From a virus, in the IMG/VR virus record IMGVR_UViG_3300032607_000125, positions 66,183 through 130,182 of that record: a stretch of DNA of 64,000 bases, one strand, 5' to 3'. Both the position numbers and the translations under genes were made by a program. The notes under the pieces were generated by a model, which saw only the letters and a list, made by a program, of their open reading frames with translations, ran no database searches and was not told where the DNA came from. Each line of letters opens with the position of its first letter. The stretch's first letter is position 1. Positions 1 to 9,336 of the stretch are shown one piece after another.

Positions 1-2
1 CG

Positions 3-374
3 CTATTTTTGAATGTCATTAAAGATAGATACGGCGTTAAAAGCGTGGCATTCTTTGTTATGGATTCTACTATGAGAGCATGTGGAGCGTTCATAAGAGC
101 TAATAGCACGATAACTAGTGCTTCTCAGGCTATTGATGCTTCTTCTCATATCATGAATTCATTGAGAAAAGATAAGTTCTGTGTTCTTACGAACATTCCT
201 GGTCGCGATGAAATGTATTTGTTAGTAGCTAATACTAAAATTCGAGATGATAGTATTAAGAATATCACTGAAGATATGTCTGCAAGCTCCATTGCACGTC
301 TTCTTGGGAACTCTATGAATTCGCGTAAGTCATCGCGGGTGGTTCTTAACAAATTTATTGGAATGGTTGCATAA
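3..374 (+). CDS. C-terminal part of a conserved T4-like protein (CobT/VWA-like partner of the CobS-type ATPase), truncated by the window edge
   Basis: Frame is open to the left edge; ends ...SRKSSRVVLNKFIGMVA; lies directly upstream of the CobS-like ATPase, the usual arrangement. Confidence 0.5.
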   Translation, partial: LFLNVIKDRYGVKSVAFFVMDSTMRACGAFIRANSTITSASQAIDASSHIMNSLRKDKFCVLTNIPGRDEMYLLVANTKIRDDSIKNITEDMSASSIARLLGNSMNSRKSSRVVLNKFIGMVA

Positions 375-379
375 AGTCC

Positions 380-408
380 TGTACATTAAATCGTCTATTT
401 GATATAAT
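380..408 (+). promoter_or_regulatory. Early (sigma70-type) promoter TGTAC(A/T/C)-N17-TATAAT, representative of about 21 copies
   Basis: Same motif with exact 17-nt spacer starts at 380, 2199, 15155 (TTTACT), 20979, 30733, 37274, 37319, 38116, 41041, 44090, 45621, 46857, 47112, 47466, 50739, 60215, 62193, 62449, 62979, 63764, 63941, mostly just upstream of gene starts or tRNA blocks; resembles the T4 early GTTTAC -35. Confidence 0.9.
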
Positions 409-435
409 AGATCTATAACTACCGAGTTCTATATT

Positions 436-1551
436 ATGGATACAAATTTTCTCTCTGTTCTTTTCAAAGAATTTCCCGATGTTGTAACATCGAAGCAGGT
501 AACCCGCGCTCAAATCGTTGAAGTGATGGCTTTAACTGCTACGTCGAAATACCCTACTTGGCTTATGCAGAATCGCGTAGGCCGTGGTCTCTATGCTGTT
601 CTAAACGACACCATTGATGAAGTTCCACCTGAAGTTCCAACTCCTAAAAATCTTAAGTCTATGGTTAAAAATGAAGACACCGCATCTCTGATTCCAAAGG
701 TAGACCCTAACTATGTCGCCTTTGGTAATCATAAGGACATTGATACGATCATTAAGTCTAAGCAGTTTTATCCTGCTTACATTTCAGGCCCAACTGGTAA
801 TGGTAAGTCTACTACTGTAGAACAGGCTTGTGCTAAGAACAAACGACCTCTCATTCGAGTTAACTTGAATATGATGACTGATGAAGATCAACTGATCGGG
901 TCTAAGACTCTAGTAGATGGCAATGTTGAAGTGATTGAAGGACCGGTTTTGATCGCTATGCGCTCCGGTATTCCTCTTCTGCTTGATGAGATTGATGCCG
1001 GTTCTGCGAACACACTACTGTGTCTACAACCTATTCTTGAAGGTAAACCATTTTACTTCAAATTGAAGAATGAATTGATCTATCCTACTGAAGGCTTTAC
1101 TGTATTTGCCACTGCGAATACTAAAGGTAAAGGATCAGAAGATGGTCGTTACATTGGCACAAATGTTTTGAATGAGGCGTTCCTTGAGCGCTTTGCAATC
1201 ACTTTTAATCAGGAGTATCCATCTGCTTCTATTGAACGTAAGATTGTTATGAATCTAATGAAGTCCTACTCATGCGAAGATGAGGATTTTGCTGACACTC
1301 TAGTTAAATGGGCCGATGCAATTCGTAGGACTTTTGCAGATGGCGGAGTTGATGAGACCATTACAACCCGTCGTTTAGTACACATTGTTCGGGCATTCTC
1401 TATCTTTAAAGATAAGAAGAAAGCCGTTGAATTGTGTATTAATAGATTTGACGATATCACTCGCAATGCTTTCGCCGATCTATTTGAAAAGGTCTCAACG
1501 CCAATTGTTACAACTACTATGCCTGTAGCATCAACTGAAATCCCATTCTAA
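436..1551 (+). CDS. cobS: CobS/MoxR-like AAA+ ATPase
   Basis: Walker A GPTGNGKS, Walker B LLLDEID, ATANTKG, NEAFLERF and TRRL motifs. Confidence 0.85.
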   Translation: MDTNFLSVLFKEFPDVVTSKQVTRAQIVEVMALTATSKYPTWLMQNRVGRGLYAVLNDTIDEVPPEVPTPKNLKSMVKNEDTASLIPKVDPNYVAFGNHKDIDTIIKSKQFYPAYISGPTGNGKSTTVEQACAKNKRPLIRVNLNMMTDEDQLIGSKTLVDGNVEVIEGPVLIAMRSGIPLLLDEIDAGSANTLLCLQPILEGKPFYFKLKNELIYPTEGFTVFATANTKGKGSEDGRYIGTNVLNEAFLERFAITFNQEYPSASIERKIVMNLMKSYSCEDEDFADTLVKWADAIRRTFADGGVDETITTRRLVHIVRAFSIFKDKKKAVELCINRFDDITRNAFADLFEKVSTPIVTTTMPVASTEIPF

Positions 1552-1559
1552 GGACTTAT

Positions 1560-1916
1560 ATGAATTACACTACACTGAGCAAAACACAAAAGCGTTGCAT
1601 TGATGCTTTTATTACTATTCGCCCTGCTCTGGCGTCCCAATACAGTATTACGCGATCGGAGGTAGAAGCACTTTTTGCTGAACTACATTCAATGCGTAAT
1701 ACAGGCGGGGAAAAGATTGGTTACCCTATGTGGCTTGTCAAAGGTGACAAAGTTTCACGTGGTCACTATAAGTTCCCTGCACCAAATTTGATCGAAGCAC
1801 AAGAAGCTCAGATCAAATCTAATGCCAAAGCTGCTGAAGATTTGGTGAAAAATTCAGAAGAAGATAAAGAATATTTCACAGAATTGCATGCTTATGGTAT
1901 AATGGAAGTAGCTTAA
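1560..1916 (+). CDS. Hypothetical protein
   Basis: 118-aa ORF with AGGA RBS, in operon context. Confidence 0.7.
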   Translation: MNYTTLSKTQKRCIDAFITIRPALASQYSITRSEVEALFAELHSMRNTGGEKIGYPMWLVKGDKVSRGHYKFPAPNLIEAQEAQIKSNAKAAEDLVKNSEEDKEYFTELHAYGIMEVA

Positions 1917-1946
1917 CCGCTATATCATCAACATAATGGAGTTATC

Positions 1947-2192
1947 ATGAGTAAATTATCTCGACTTGAAAAATACCTGAAATCAGGTTCTACTGCAACG
2001 CCTCGCCAGATCACTGGCATGTTTGGATTGCAAAATCCAACATCGGCAATCCACGCTCTTCGTAGTGCTGGTCTTTGCGTGTATGCAAATAAAGCTACAC
2101 TTAGCACTGGTGTTACTACTGTTAAATACAGTGTTGGTAAACCAACGAAGAAAATGATTGCAATGGCGCACGCGCTTGGCATGTTTGCTTAA
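1947..2192 (+). CDS. Small basic, possibly winged-HTH protein
   Basis: 81 aa, GGAG RBS, TPRQITGMFGLQNPTSAIHALR helix-turn-helix-like segment. Confidence 0.55.
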   Translation: MSKLSRLEKYLKSGSTATPRQITGMFGLQNPTSAIHALRSAGLCVYANKATLSTGVTTVKYSVGKPTKKMIAMAHALGMFA

Positions 2193-2252
2193 TTAGATTG
2201 TACTTAAATGGGAGATTTTGATATAATAGTATCTTAATCTCCTATTTTAATT

Positions 2253-2585
2253 ATGAAAAGCAAACCAATACTTACACCGGCAGGTCGCAAATTTGATGGT
2301 GGTAAACTTCGCTATGGACTAATACCTCCTCTTGCACAACAAGAAATGGTAAAAGTTCTTACGTTTGGTGCAGAAAAGTATGAACCTGATAATTGGAAAT
2401 ATGTTGAAGGTTCTATCACTCGCTATTTTGATGCCATGGAACGACATGTTTGGGCATGGAAAATGGGCGAAGAGTTAGATCCAGAAAGTGGAATCCACCA
2501 CTTGGCCCACGCAATGTGTTGCCTTGCATTCCTCTATGAACATGATGTGAAATATACAAAGAAAGAACCAAATGGAATTAAGTAA
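2253..2585 (+). CDS. dATP/dGTP diphosphohydrolase-like protein (DUF5664 type)
   Basis: GRKFDGGKLRY, GAEKY..DNW, RYFDAMERH, ESG.HHLAHAMC motifs. Confidence 0.8.
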   Translation: MKSKPILTPAGRKFDGGKLRYGLIPPLAQQEMVKVLTFGAEKYEPDNWKYVEGSITRYFDAMERHVWAWKMGEELDPESGIHHLAHAMCCLAFLYEHDVKYTKKEPNGIK

Positions 2586-3228
2586 AGAAACCCTGTCGTT
2601 GATCAAGAACTTCGCTGGCATTAATGGCAGTCTGATGCTTAAGCAGGGAAATAAGTTGTCCACAATCTCAGAAGGAAAGAACATCATGGCAGAAGTGTCA
2701 ATTGATGAAGACTTTCCAATGGATTTTGGAATTTACGATTTGAATGAATTCCTAAATGTCGTATCGCTGTTCCCAAGCACTCAACTTGACTTCAATGAGA
2801 AGTATGTCATGGTGTCTGATGGTGGTACCAGCAAGATTAAATACTTTGCTGCAGGTGATGGTGTTGTTAAATCCGCGCCTTCTACGATTAAGTTTCCACA
2901 AGCCGATGTTGAGTTTACAATTGATGCAGCTCAACTGGCAATGATTCTTAAAACCTCTTCAGCATTGAAGGCAAGTGACTTGTCTATTGTTGGTGACGGA
3001 AGTACTCTTAAAGTTCTAGTGTCTGATAAAAAGAATGATACTTCGAATGCATATGAAGTTACTATTGGCAAGACCAATGAAACCTTTAAAGCTAATCTTA
3101 AAGTAGAAAATCTTAAGATGCTTCCCGGCGACTACGAAGTTTCTATCTCTAAAAAGAAAATCTCCCGCTTTAAAAGCACTACTGATCTCACATACTTTGT
3201 CGCTGTTGAAGCTGACTCGGAGTTCTAA
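2572..3228 (+). CDS. gp45: Sliding clamp
   Basis: MELSKETLSLIKNFAGIN, FGIYDLNEFL, YFVAVE; upstream of the clamp loader. Confidence 0.95.
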   Translation: MELSKETLSLIKNFAGINGSLMLKQGNKLSTISEGKNIMAEVSIDEDFPMDFGIYDLNEFLNVVSLFPSTQLDFNEKYVMVSDGGTSKIKYFAAGDGVVKSAPSTIKFPQADVEFTIDAAQLAMILKTSSALKASDLSIVGDGSTLKVLVSDKKNDTSNAYEVTIGKTNETFKANLKVENLKMLPGDYEVSISKKKISRFKSTTDLTYFVAVEADSEF

Positions 3229-3359
3229 TGGGCGAAGGTGCATTTAGAGGACTTGGTGAAGCATTTGTAATTGGCTTTATCCTTCTCTGCACACTAGGTT
3301 TTTTGGAAATTAGTGGACATTGTTATTTGGCTGTTTCAACACGTGAGCATTAATATATT

Positions 3360-4298
3360 ATGAGTAATCAGTATCTTTGGACCGAGAAGTATAGACCATC
3401 GACAATCGATGAGTGTATTCTCCCCGAAGCAATGAAGAAAACTTTCCGTGAGTTTATCGACTCCGGAGAGTTGCCTAATTTCTTATTCTGTGGCGGCGCT
3501 GGTGTGGGTAAAACCACAGTAGCAAAAGCACTATGTAATGAAATTGGTGCAGAATATCTCTTCATCAATGGATCAGAAGAATCTGGTATCGATGTTCTTC
3601 GTAGTAAGATTAAAAGTTTTGCATCTTCTGTCTCTTTGACTGATGCTAAGAAAGTAGTTATTCTTGATGAAGCAGACTATCTTAACGCTAATAGCACTCA
3701 GCCTGCTCTTCGTGGTTTTATTGAAGAGTTCAGTAATAACTGTAGGTTCATCTTTACCTGTAACTTCAAGAACCGAATCATCGAACCTCTGCATTCTCGC
3801 TGTGCAGTGGTCGAATTCAAAGTAGAGAATAAAGATAAGCCTGCAATCATGGGTGCATTCTATAAGCGTGTAGTTGGTATCCTTAAGACTGAAAATGTCA
3901 CCTTTGAGCAAAAGGTTGTGGTTGAATTAGTTTCTAAGTACTTTCCAGATTATCGTCGTGTTCTAAATGAATTGCAACGATACTCTGTTAGTGGTACTAT
4001 TGATTCTGGTTTGCTTGTCAATCTTGGCGATGAATCATACGTTGAACTTATCAAACACTTGAAGACTAAAAACTTTACTGAAGTTCGTAAGTGGGTCGGT
4101 AAGAATTCTGATACTGAATCGACTGAACTATTTCGCAAGTTCTACGATAAAGCTGTTGACATTCTAGAGCAAGGATCTATTCCTCAATTAGTTTTGATTC
4201 TTGCTGAGTATCAATATAAAGCGGCCTTTGTCGCAGACCGTGAAATTAATACTATGGCAGCCTTGACTGAAATTATGGCACAACTAAAGTTTAAATAA
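3360..4298 (+). CDS. gp44: Clamp loader large subunit
   Basis: LWTEKYRP, GVGKTT, ILDEADYL, SRC motifs. Confidence 0.97.
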   Translation: MSNQYLWTEKYRPSTIDECILPEAMKKTFREFIDSGELPNFLFCGGAGVGKTTVAKALCNEIGAEYLFINGSEESGIDVLRSKIKSFASSVSLTDAKKVVILDEADYLNANSTQPALRGFIEEFSNNCRFIFTCNFKNRIIEPLHSRCAVVEFKVENKDKPAIMGAFYKRVVGILKTENVTFEQKVVVELVSKYFPDYRRVLNELQRYSVSGTIDSGLLVNLGDESYVELIKHLKTKNFTEVRKWVGKNSDTESTELFRKFYDKAVDILEQGSIPQLVLILAEYQYKAAFVADREINTMAALTEIMAQLKFK

Positions 4299-4612
4299 TG
4301 AATGAATACCTTCAAATTGTATTGTTTGTAATTATCTTTTTTCTTGGTTGGTGGGGTCGTGAATGGTCAGCTAAGCGACAAGTAGACGCAATGTTAAAAG
4401 AAATTGCAGAAGAAGAAACTGCAGTCGTAGATGGCAATAAGATTCGTATCACTGTTGAGAAACACGATGGGTGTTTCTATATCTATGATCGTAGTGGCAC
4501 ATACCTCTCTCATGGCGAAAGCTTTGACATCGTTGAAGCTATTCTGAAAGAAAAGTTTCCAGGTAAGTTGTTCGCAGCATCTGAAGAAGATCTAGCTAAG
4601 TTGAATTCATGA
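4298..4612 (+). CDS. Hypothetical membrane-anchored protein
   Basis: N-terminal hydrophobic helix; overlaps both flanking genes. Confidence 0.65.
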   Translation: MNEYLQIVLFVIIFFLGWWGREWSAKRQVDAMLKEIAEEETAVVDGNKIRITVEKHDGCFYIYDRSGTYLSHGESFDIVEAILKEKFPGKLFAASEEDLAKLNS

Positions 4613-4989
4613 GTTTCTTTGACTTCTTAAACGCGATCAATGATAGTAAAAAGGATCTTATAAAAGAAGACCCTCTTACTGAAAAGGATTATATTCCATT
4701 CATGGTGAACAGGGGCTTGTCATACTTTCCCGATACTATTATGTTTGCAAATGAAATGAATTCGCATGCTGCTATTCCAAAAGATTGGCAGTTTGCTTTT
4801 TATCTTAATGGAATCAATAAGAAGAAACGTTTCTCTAAGTGGCATAAGAAAGATCAAAACTCTGATCACCTTAAACTTGTCATGAAGGAATATGATTACT
4901 CTGCAGAAAAAGCAGCAGTTGCATTAGAACTTCTTACCGATGAAAATATTAAAGAATTAACTACAAAATATAAAGAAGGTGGTAGATAA
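4609..4989 (+). CDS. gp62: Clamp loader small subunit
   Basis: Y.PFMVNRGLSYF.DT..FANEMN; position between gp44 and regA. Confidence 0.9.
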   Translation: MSFFDFLNAINDSKKDLIKEDPLTEKDYIPFMVNRGLSYFPDTIMFANEMNSHAAIPKDWQFAFYLNGINKKKRFSKWHKKDQNSDHLKLVMKEYDYSAEKAAVALELLTDENIKELTTKYKEGGR

Positions 4990-4993
4990 GTAG

Positions 4994-5001
4994 TATAAAT
5001 A
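4994..5001 (+). promoter_or_regulatory. T4 late promoter TATAAATA
   Basis: Exact consensus upstream of regA; other + strand copies at 22913, 32839, 49023, 51895, 53874. Confidence 0.7.
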
Positions 5002-5049
5002 TTCAGTCTCATATACATATTATGATAATAATATAACAAGGAAAAGTGA

Positions 5050-5472
5050 ATGACTGAATTAATTTATTACGATTGGACTCAAGATTCAATGCTTGAGGTG
5101 ACGTTGCCAGAACCAGATAATTTTCTTAAGGTTCGTGAAACTCTCACTCGTATTGGAGTAGCATCTCGTAAAGATAAGACACTGTATCAATCTTGCCACA
5201 TCTTGCATAAGCAGGGTAGGTATTTTATTGTACACTTTAAAGAACTTTTTGCGCTTGATGGTAAAGAAGCTAATATTACTATCAGTGATATTGAGCGTAG
5301 AAATACGATTACTAGTTTGCTTGCAGACTGGGGATTGTTAAAAATCGTTCTTCCGTCTAAGGCAGAAGAGCGTGTATCGTTGTCTCAGATCAAAGTAGTA
5401 TCCTTTAAGGAGAAACAAGATTGGACTCTAACTGCTAAATATAACATTGGCAAAAAACCTAACACTAATTAA
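5050..5472 (+). CDS. regA: Translational repressor RegA
   Basis: DNFLKVRETLTRIG, LYQSCHILHKQGRYFIVHFKELFALDG. Confidence 0.97.
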   Translation: MTELIYYDWTQDSMLEVTLPEPDNFLKVRETLTRIGVASRKDKTLYQSCHILHKQGRYFIVHFKELFALDGKEANITISDIERRNTITSLLADWGLLKIVLPSKAEERVSLSQIKVVSFKEKQDWTLTAKYNIGKKPNTN

Positions 5473-5481
5473 TGGACATAT

Positions 5482-5685
5482 ATGTTAAAATTTGAATTGA
5501 CTCTTGAAGAAGCAAACGCTATTCTTGCTGCTCTTGGCAAAGGCACTTTTGATCAAGTTGCTGCGTTGATCAATAAACTTCAGCAACAAGCACAACCGCA
5601 ATTGCCAGCACTGGAAGAAGCAATGGCAACCGCAGCAAAAGCTAACGCTGTTGCTGAAGCAGCTGACGCTTCAGCCGCTGCTTAA
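5482..5685 (+). CDS. Small Ala-rich hypothetical protein
   Basis: 67-aa ORF with GGA RBS. Confidence 0.6.
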   Translation: MLKFELTLEEANAILAALGKGTFDQVAALINKLQQQAQPQLPALEEAMATAAKANAVAEAADASAAA

Positions 5686-5689
5686 TAAA

Positions 5690-5886
5690 TCTCAGGGATG
5701 GGAACTAGGCGGCACCCTAGTAAATAACTGCCATTAATTTGGCCCACCTTAGGGCTGTTTGATGCTACGGTAAAAGGCGTCCGGGCAATTGCACTGTCAC
5801 TCGTTAGTTGACCCTGTATTAAGTAAGCAGGACTATCGTTATGCCTTCGGGGTAACACTTACTACACTCGCTTAATAGGAGAAATC
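5690..5886 (+). ncRNA. Candidate structured 5' leader of hsp20
   Basis: About 200 nt of GC-richer intergenic DNA with hairpins actagg/cctagt and a ttcg-capped stem, ending at the AGGAGA RBS. Confidence 0.35.
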
Positions 5887-6396
5887 ATGACTAATTTTAA
5901 ATTAGGTAATATCACGTTCGGTCCAGCATTCAAGGACTTTGACAAATACTTCGTAGGTCTTGAAGAACAACAAGATCACATGCAAAGACTGCATGCAGAA
6001 ATCGCGAAGAACATCCCCGGTTACCCTCCATACAATATCAAGAAAAATAGTGACAACTCATACACTATCGAACTTGCTGTTGCCGGTTTCGCTCAAAGTG
6101 AAATTGACATCGAAATTGATGGTGGCAAACTAATCGTTAAGGGCAATTCTGCTCTTACTGAAGACGACAAAAATGAAAACTTTCTGTTCAAAGGTATTGC
6201 TAATCGCGCGTTCACTCGTGCTTTTGCTATTGATGATCAGATTGAAGTAAAAGGTGCTGAACTTTTTAATGGTATGCTTAGAATTGTTTTGGAGCGCTTA
6301 ATTCCAGAAGAAACTAAACCGAAGAAAGTTCAAGTTAAAACTAGAGGTAAGACTCTTAGCGAAAGCGAAAAAGAGCATATCGCTAGTAGACTATAA
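5887..6396 (+). CDS. hsp20: Small heat shock protein (Hsp20/IbpA family)
   Basis: YPPYNI, IELAVAGF, KGIANRAFTRAF, NGML motifs. Confidence 0.95.
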   Translation: MTNFKLGNITFGPAFKDFDKYFVGLEEQQDHMQRLHAEIAKNIPGYPPYNIKKNSDNSYTIELAVAGFAQSEIDIEIDGGKLIVKGNSALTEDDKNENFLFKGIANRAFTRAFAIDDQIEVKGAELFNGMLRIVLERLIPEETKPKKVQVKTRGKTLSESEKEHIASRL

Positions 6397-6419
6397 ATGA
6401 TTTAATATTTGGAGTTATT

Positions 6420-6728
6420 ATGGCAGTGACAGTTTATAAACTTATCAGTGGTGAAGATATTATTGCAGATGTAGAAGGAGAAACTTCTACTACAGTTACT
6501 CTAAAAAACCCAGCTGCAATTATTGTACAGCAAACAGATGATGGAAGAGTTGGAGCAGCTTTTGCTCCATTTACTCCATTTGCTAAAGACAATAGAGTTG
6601 TGATCTATAAATCAGCAATTGCTGGTCATATGGAAATAGACGTTAAATTGGCTAATGAATATAGTAGGATTTTTGGATCTGGTATCATGATTGCTTCTGC
6701 GAACGAGATGCCAAAGATGATTATCTAA
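6420..6728 (+). CDS. Conserved T4-like hypothetical protein upstream of the polymerase
   Basis: KLISGEDIIA...LKNP pattern. Confidence 0.7.
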   Translation: MAVTVYKLISGEDIIADVEGETSTTVTLKNPAAIIVQQTDDGRVGAAFAPFTPFAKDNRVVIYKSAIAGHMEIDVKLANEYSRIFGSGIMIASANEMPKMII

Positions 6729-6801
6729 ATTGTATTTTTAATCAGGAACAGGGTATAATTAATTTTATATCCTGTTTTACGTTATATCATGAAAGTTAAG
6801 A

Positions 6802-9336
6802 ATGCGATTTTATACATCTATTAATAGATACGGAAATAACTTATTGTACCGTGGATACGAAGATGGAGTGCGCGTTAAGAAAAAAATTCCATTTAAGCCT
6901 ACGCTTTATGTTAAAGGCAAAGGCAAGTCTAAGTATAATGCATTGGATGGTACTAATGTAGATCCAATCAAACTCGGCTCAATGCGTGAAGCTAAAGAGT
7001 TTGTTGAGAAGTACGACAGCATTGAAAATTTTACCATTTATGGTAACACTAATTACATCGCTCAATTCATTGCGGAAGAATTCCCCGGTGACATTAAGTT
7101 TGATCGTAGCAAGATTCGAGTTCATACACTTGACATCGAAGTAGCATCTAATGAGGGTTTCCCTGAGCCAGATGTAGCACTTCACACAGTAACAGCAATT
7201 GGTATTAAAGATAGTGTTCTAAACGTTTACTTTGTTTGGGCTCTAGGCGACTATGACACGACCAAAGCAATCATGAAAGATTGCCAAATTCGCTATACGA
7301 AATGTAAAGATGAAGCAACACTATTAAAGTCTTTCATTGCATTCTGGCATGATGAATTCTTATGTCCTGATGTAGTGACAGGATGGAATATTCGCACCTT
7401 TGATATTCCATATCTCGTTAATCGTATCAATCGAATTCTTGGTGAAGATGATGCTAAAAAGCTTTCACCGTGGGGAATGGTTGAAGCTAAGATGGTCACA
7501 ATGCGTAAAGGCTTGGTTCAAGTTTATGAAATTACTGGTATTGCTCAGCTTGATTATCTTGATCTATTCCAAAAGTTTGGGTATTCCTTTGGTCCACAAG
7601 AATCATACAAACTTGATCACATTGCGTATGTAGTGCTTGGTGAAAAGAAACTAGATTATGACGGTACTCTATATAGTCTTTATCTAACAGATCACCAAAA
7701 GTTTATTGATTACAACATCAAAGACGTATGGCTTGTTGATCGCATGGAAGATAAGATTGCAATGATTACGCTGTGTTTGACTATGGCCTATAAAGCCGGT
7801 GTTAATTACTCGGATACAATGGGCACTGTTGCAATTTGGGATGCATTGATTCATAGAACTCTGATGGCCGATAACATCATCATTCCGCCGAATAAGAATA
7901 GTTTTAAAACTGATTATGAAGGTGGATATGTTAAAGATCCACAGTGTGGAGTCCATGATTGGGTTGCTTCTTTTGACGTTAACTCGCTTTACCCAAACAT
8001 CATTGTGCAATGGAATATGAGTCCAGAAACTATTCTTAAAGGTGATGTTGAACGCAACGTTAATGTTGACACTTGTCTTAGTGGTCTTTTGAACACAACT
8101 GAAAAGTCTATGGCTGGAACTGGTCAATACTTCTCAAAGCATAAGCAAGGATTCATGCCAAAGATCATTGAAGAAATGTATGAAGAACGAGTTGTCATTA
8201 AAAAGAAAATGATTGAGTCTAAGAAAGAACTTGAGGTATGTGATCGTACTGATAAAGTAGAAGTATATCGCATTGAACGTGACATTGCTCACTTTGAAAA
8301 TCAACAAACTGCTATCAAGATTCTATTGAATTCATTGTATGGCGCTCTTGGCAATAAGTACTTCCGTTACTTTACGATGGAGATTGCAGAAGGTATTACT
8401 ATCTCTGGCCAATTGATTATTAAGTGGGGTGAGAAGTACATCAATAAGTATCTCAATGATATGCTTAAGACTAACAAAGATTATGTTATTGCAATCGATA
8501 CTGATTCGATCTATGTAAGTCTTAATGATCTTGTTAATAAAGTTTATAGTGTTGATGGTATGGTTTCATCTGAGTTTCCCAAAGATAAAATTGTAGATTT
8601 TCTTAGTAGAGTTTGTACTAAGATTGAAGCTGATGTATTTGACCGATGCTTTAAAGAACTTGGCGAAAACATGAATGTGTACAAACCTCGTATCACAATG
8701 AAACGAGAAAGCATTGCAGACCGTGCAATCTGGTCTGCAAAGAAACGATACATTCTAAATGTATTAGATAATGAAGGAGTTCGATATGCGCAACCGAAAC
8801 TTAAAATCATGGGTATTGAGGCGATCAAATCGTCTACGCCGGCAACGTGTCGCAAGGCTTTTAAAGAGTTGTTTCAAGTGCTCATTAGCGGCACGGAAGC
8901 ACAAACTCAGAGCTTTATTCAAGATTTCCAAAAAAGATTCGATGCTTTACCAGCGGAAGACAAAGCATTCCCGCGTGGTGTATCGTCGCTTAAGAAGTAT
9001 AGTGACCCAAAGCTAATCTATAAGAAAGGTACTCCAATCAATTCACGAGCATCACTATTGTATAATAACATGCTTAAATTGCATAAGTTAGAAAACAAGT
9101 ATGAAGCTATTAAAGAAGGTGAAAAGATCAAGTACATTTATCTTAACCCTAGGAACCCTATGCGTGAAGATGTTATTGCATTTACTAGCATTCTGCCTCC
9201 TGAGTTTGGTCTACATCGCTTTATTGACAATACAACACAATTTGAAAAAGCTTTTCTCGATCCTGCAAAGATAATCATTACTTCTATTGGTTGGAAGGCG
9301 GCAGAGGAAGCATCACTTGAGGATTTCTTTAGTTGA
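6802..9336 (+). CDS. gp43: Family B DNA polymerase
   Basis: Exo DIEV; SFDVNSLYP, KILLNSLYG, IDTDS; uninterrupted 844 aa. Confidence 0.98.
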   Translation: MRFYTSINRYGNNLLYRGYEDGVRVKKKIPFKPTLYVKGKGKSKYNALDGTNVDPIKLGSMREAKEFVEKYDSIENFTIYGNTNYIAQFIAEEFPGDIKFDRSKIRVHTLDIEVASNEGFPEPDVALHTVTAIGIKDSVLNVYFVWALGDYDTTKAIMKDCQIRYTKCKDEATLLKSFIAFWHDEFLCPDVVTGWNIRTFDIPYLVNRINRILGEDDAKKLSPWGMVEAKMVTMRKGLVQVYEITGIAQLDYLDLFQKFGYSFGPQESYKLDHIAYVVLGEKKLDYDGTLYSLYLTDHQKFIDYNIKDVWLVDRMEDKIAMITLCLTMAYKAGVNYSDTMGTVAIWDALIHRTLMADNIIIPPNKNSFKTDYEGGYVKDPQCGVHDWVASFDVNSLYPNIIVQWNMSPETILKGDVERNVNVDTCLSGLLNTTEKSMAGTGQYFSKHKQGFMPKIIEEMYEERVVIKKKMIESKKELEVCDRTDKVEVYRIERDIAHFENQQTAIKILLNSLYGALGNKYFRYFTMEIAEGITISGQLIIKWGEKYINKYLNDMLKTNKDYVIAIDTDSIYVSLNDLVNKVYSVDGMVSSEFPKDKIVDFLSRVCTKIEADVFDRCFKELGENMNVYKPRITMKRESIADRAIWSAKKRYILNVLDNEGVRYAQPKLKIMGIEAIKSSTPATCRKAFKELFQVLISGTEAQTQSFIQDFQKRFDALPAEDKAFPRGVSSLKKYSDPKLIYKKGTPINSRASLLYNNMLKLHKLENKYEAIKEGEKIKYIYLNPRNPMREDVIAFTSILPPEFGLHRFIDNTTQFEKAFLDPAKIIITSIGWKAAEEASLEDFFS

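Noticed and set aside
2253-2585. 2-aminoadenine (Z) genome suggested by the DUF5664-type enzyme
   Set aside because: No PurZ or DatZ is seen in the window, and the modification cluster points to hmC.
3228-3353. 41-codon hydrophobic ORF between gp45 and gp44
   Set aside because: TAATG coupling is suggestive, but it is too short and motif-free to call.
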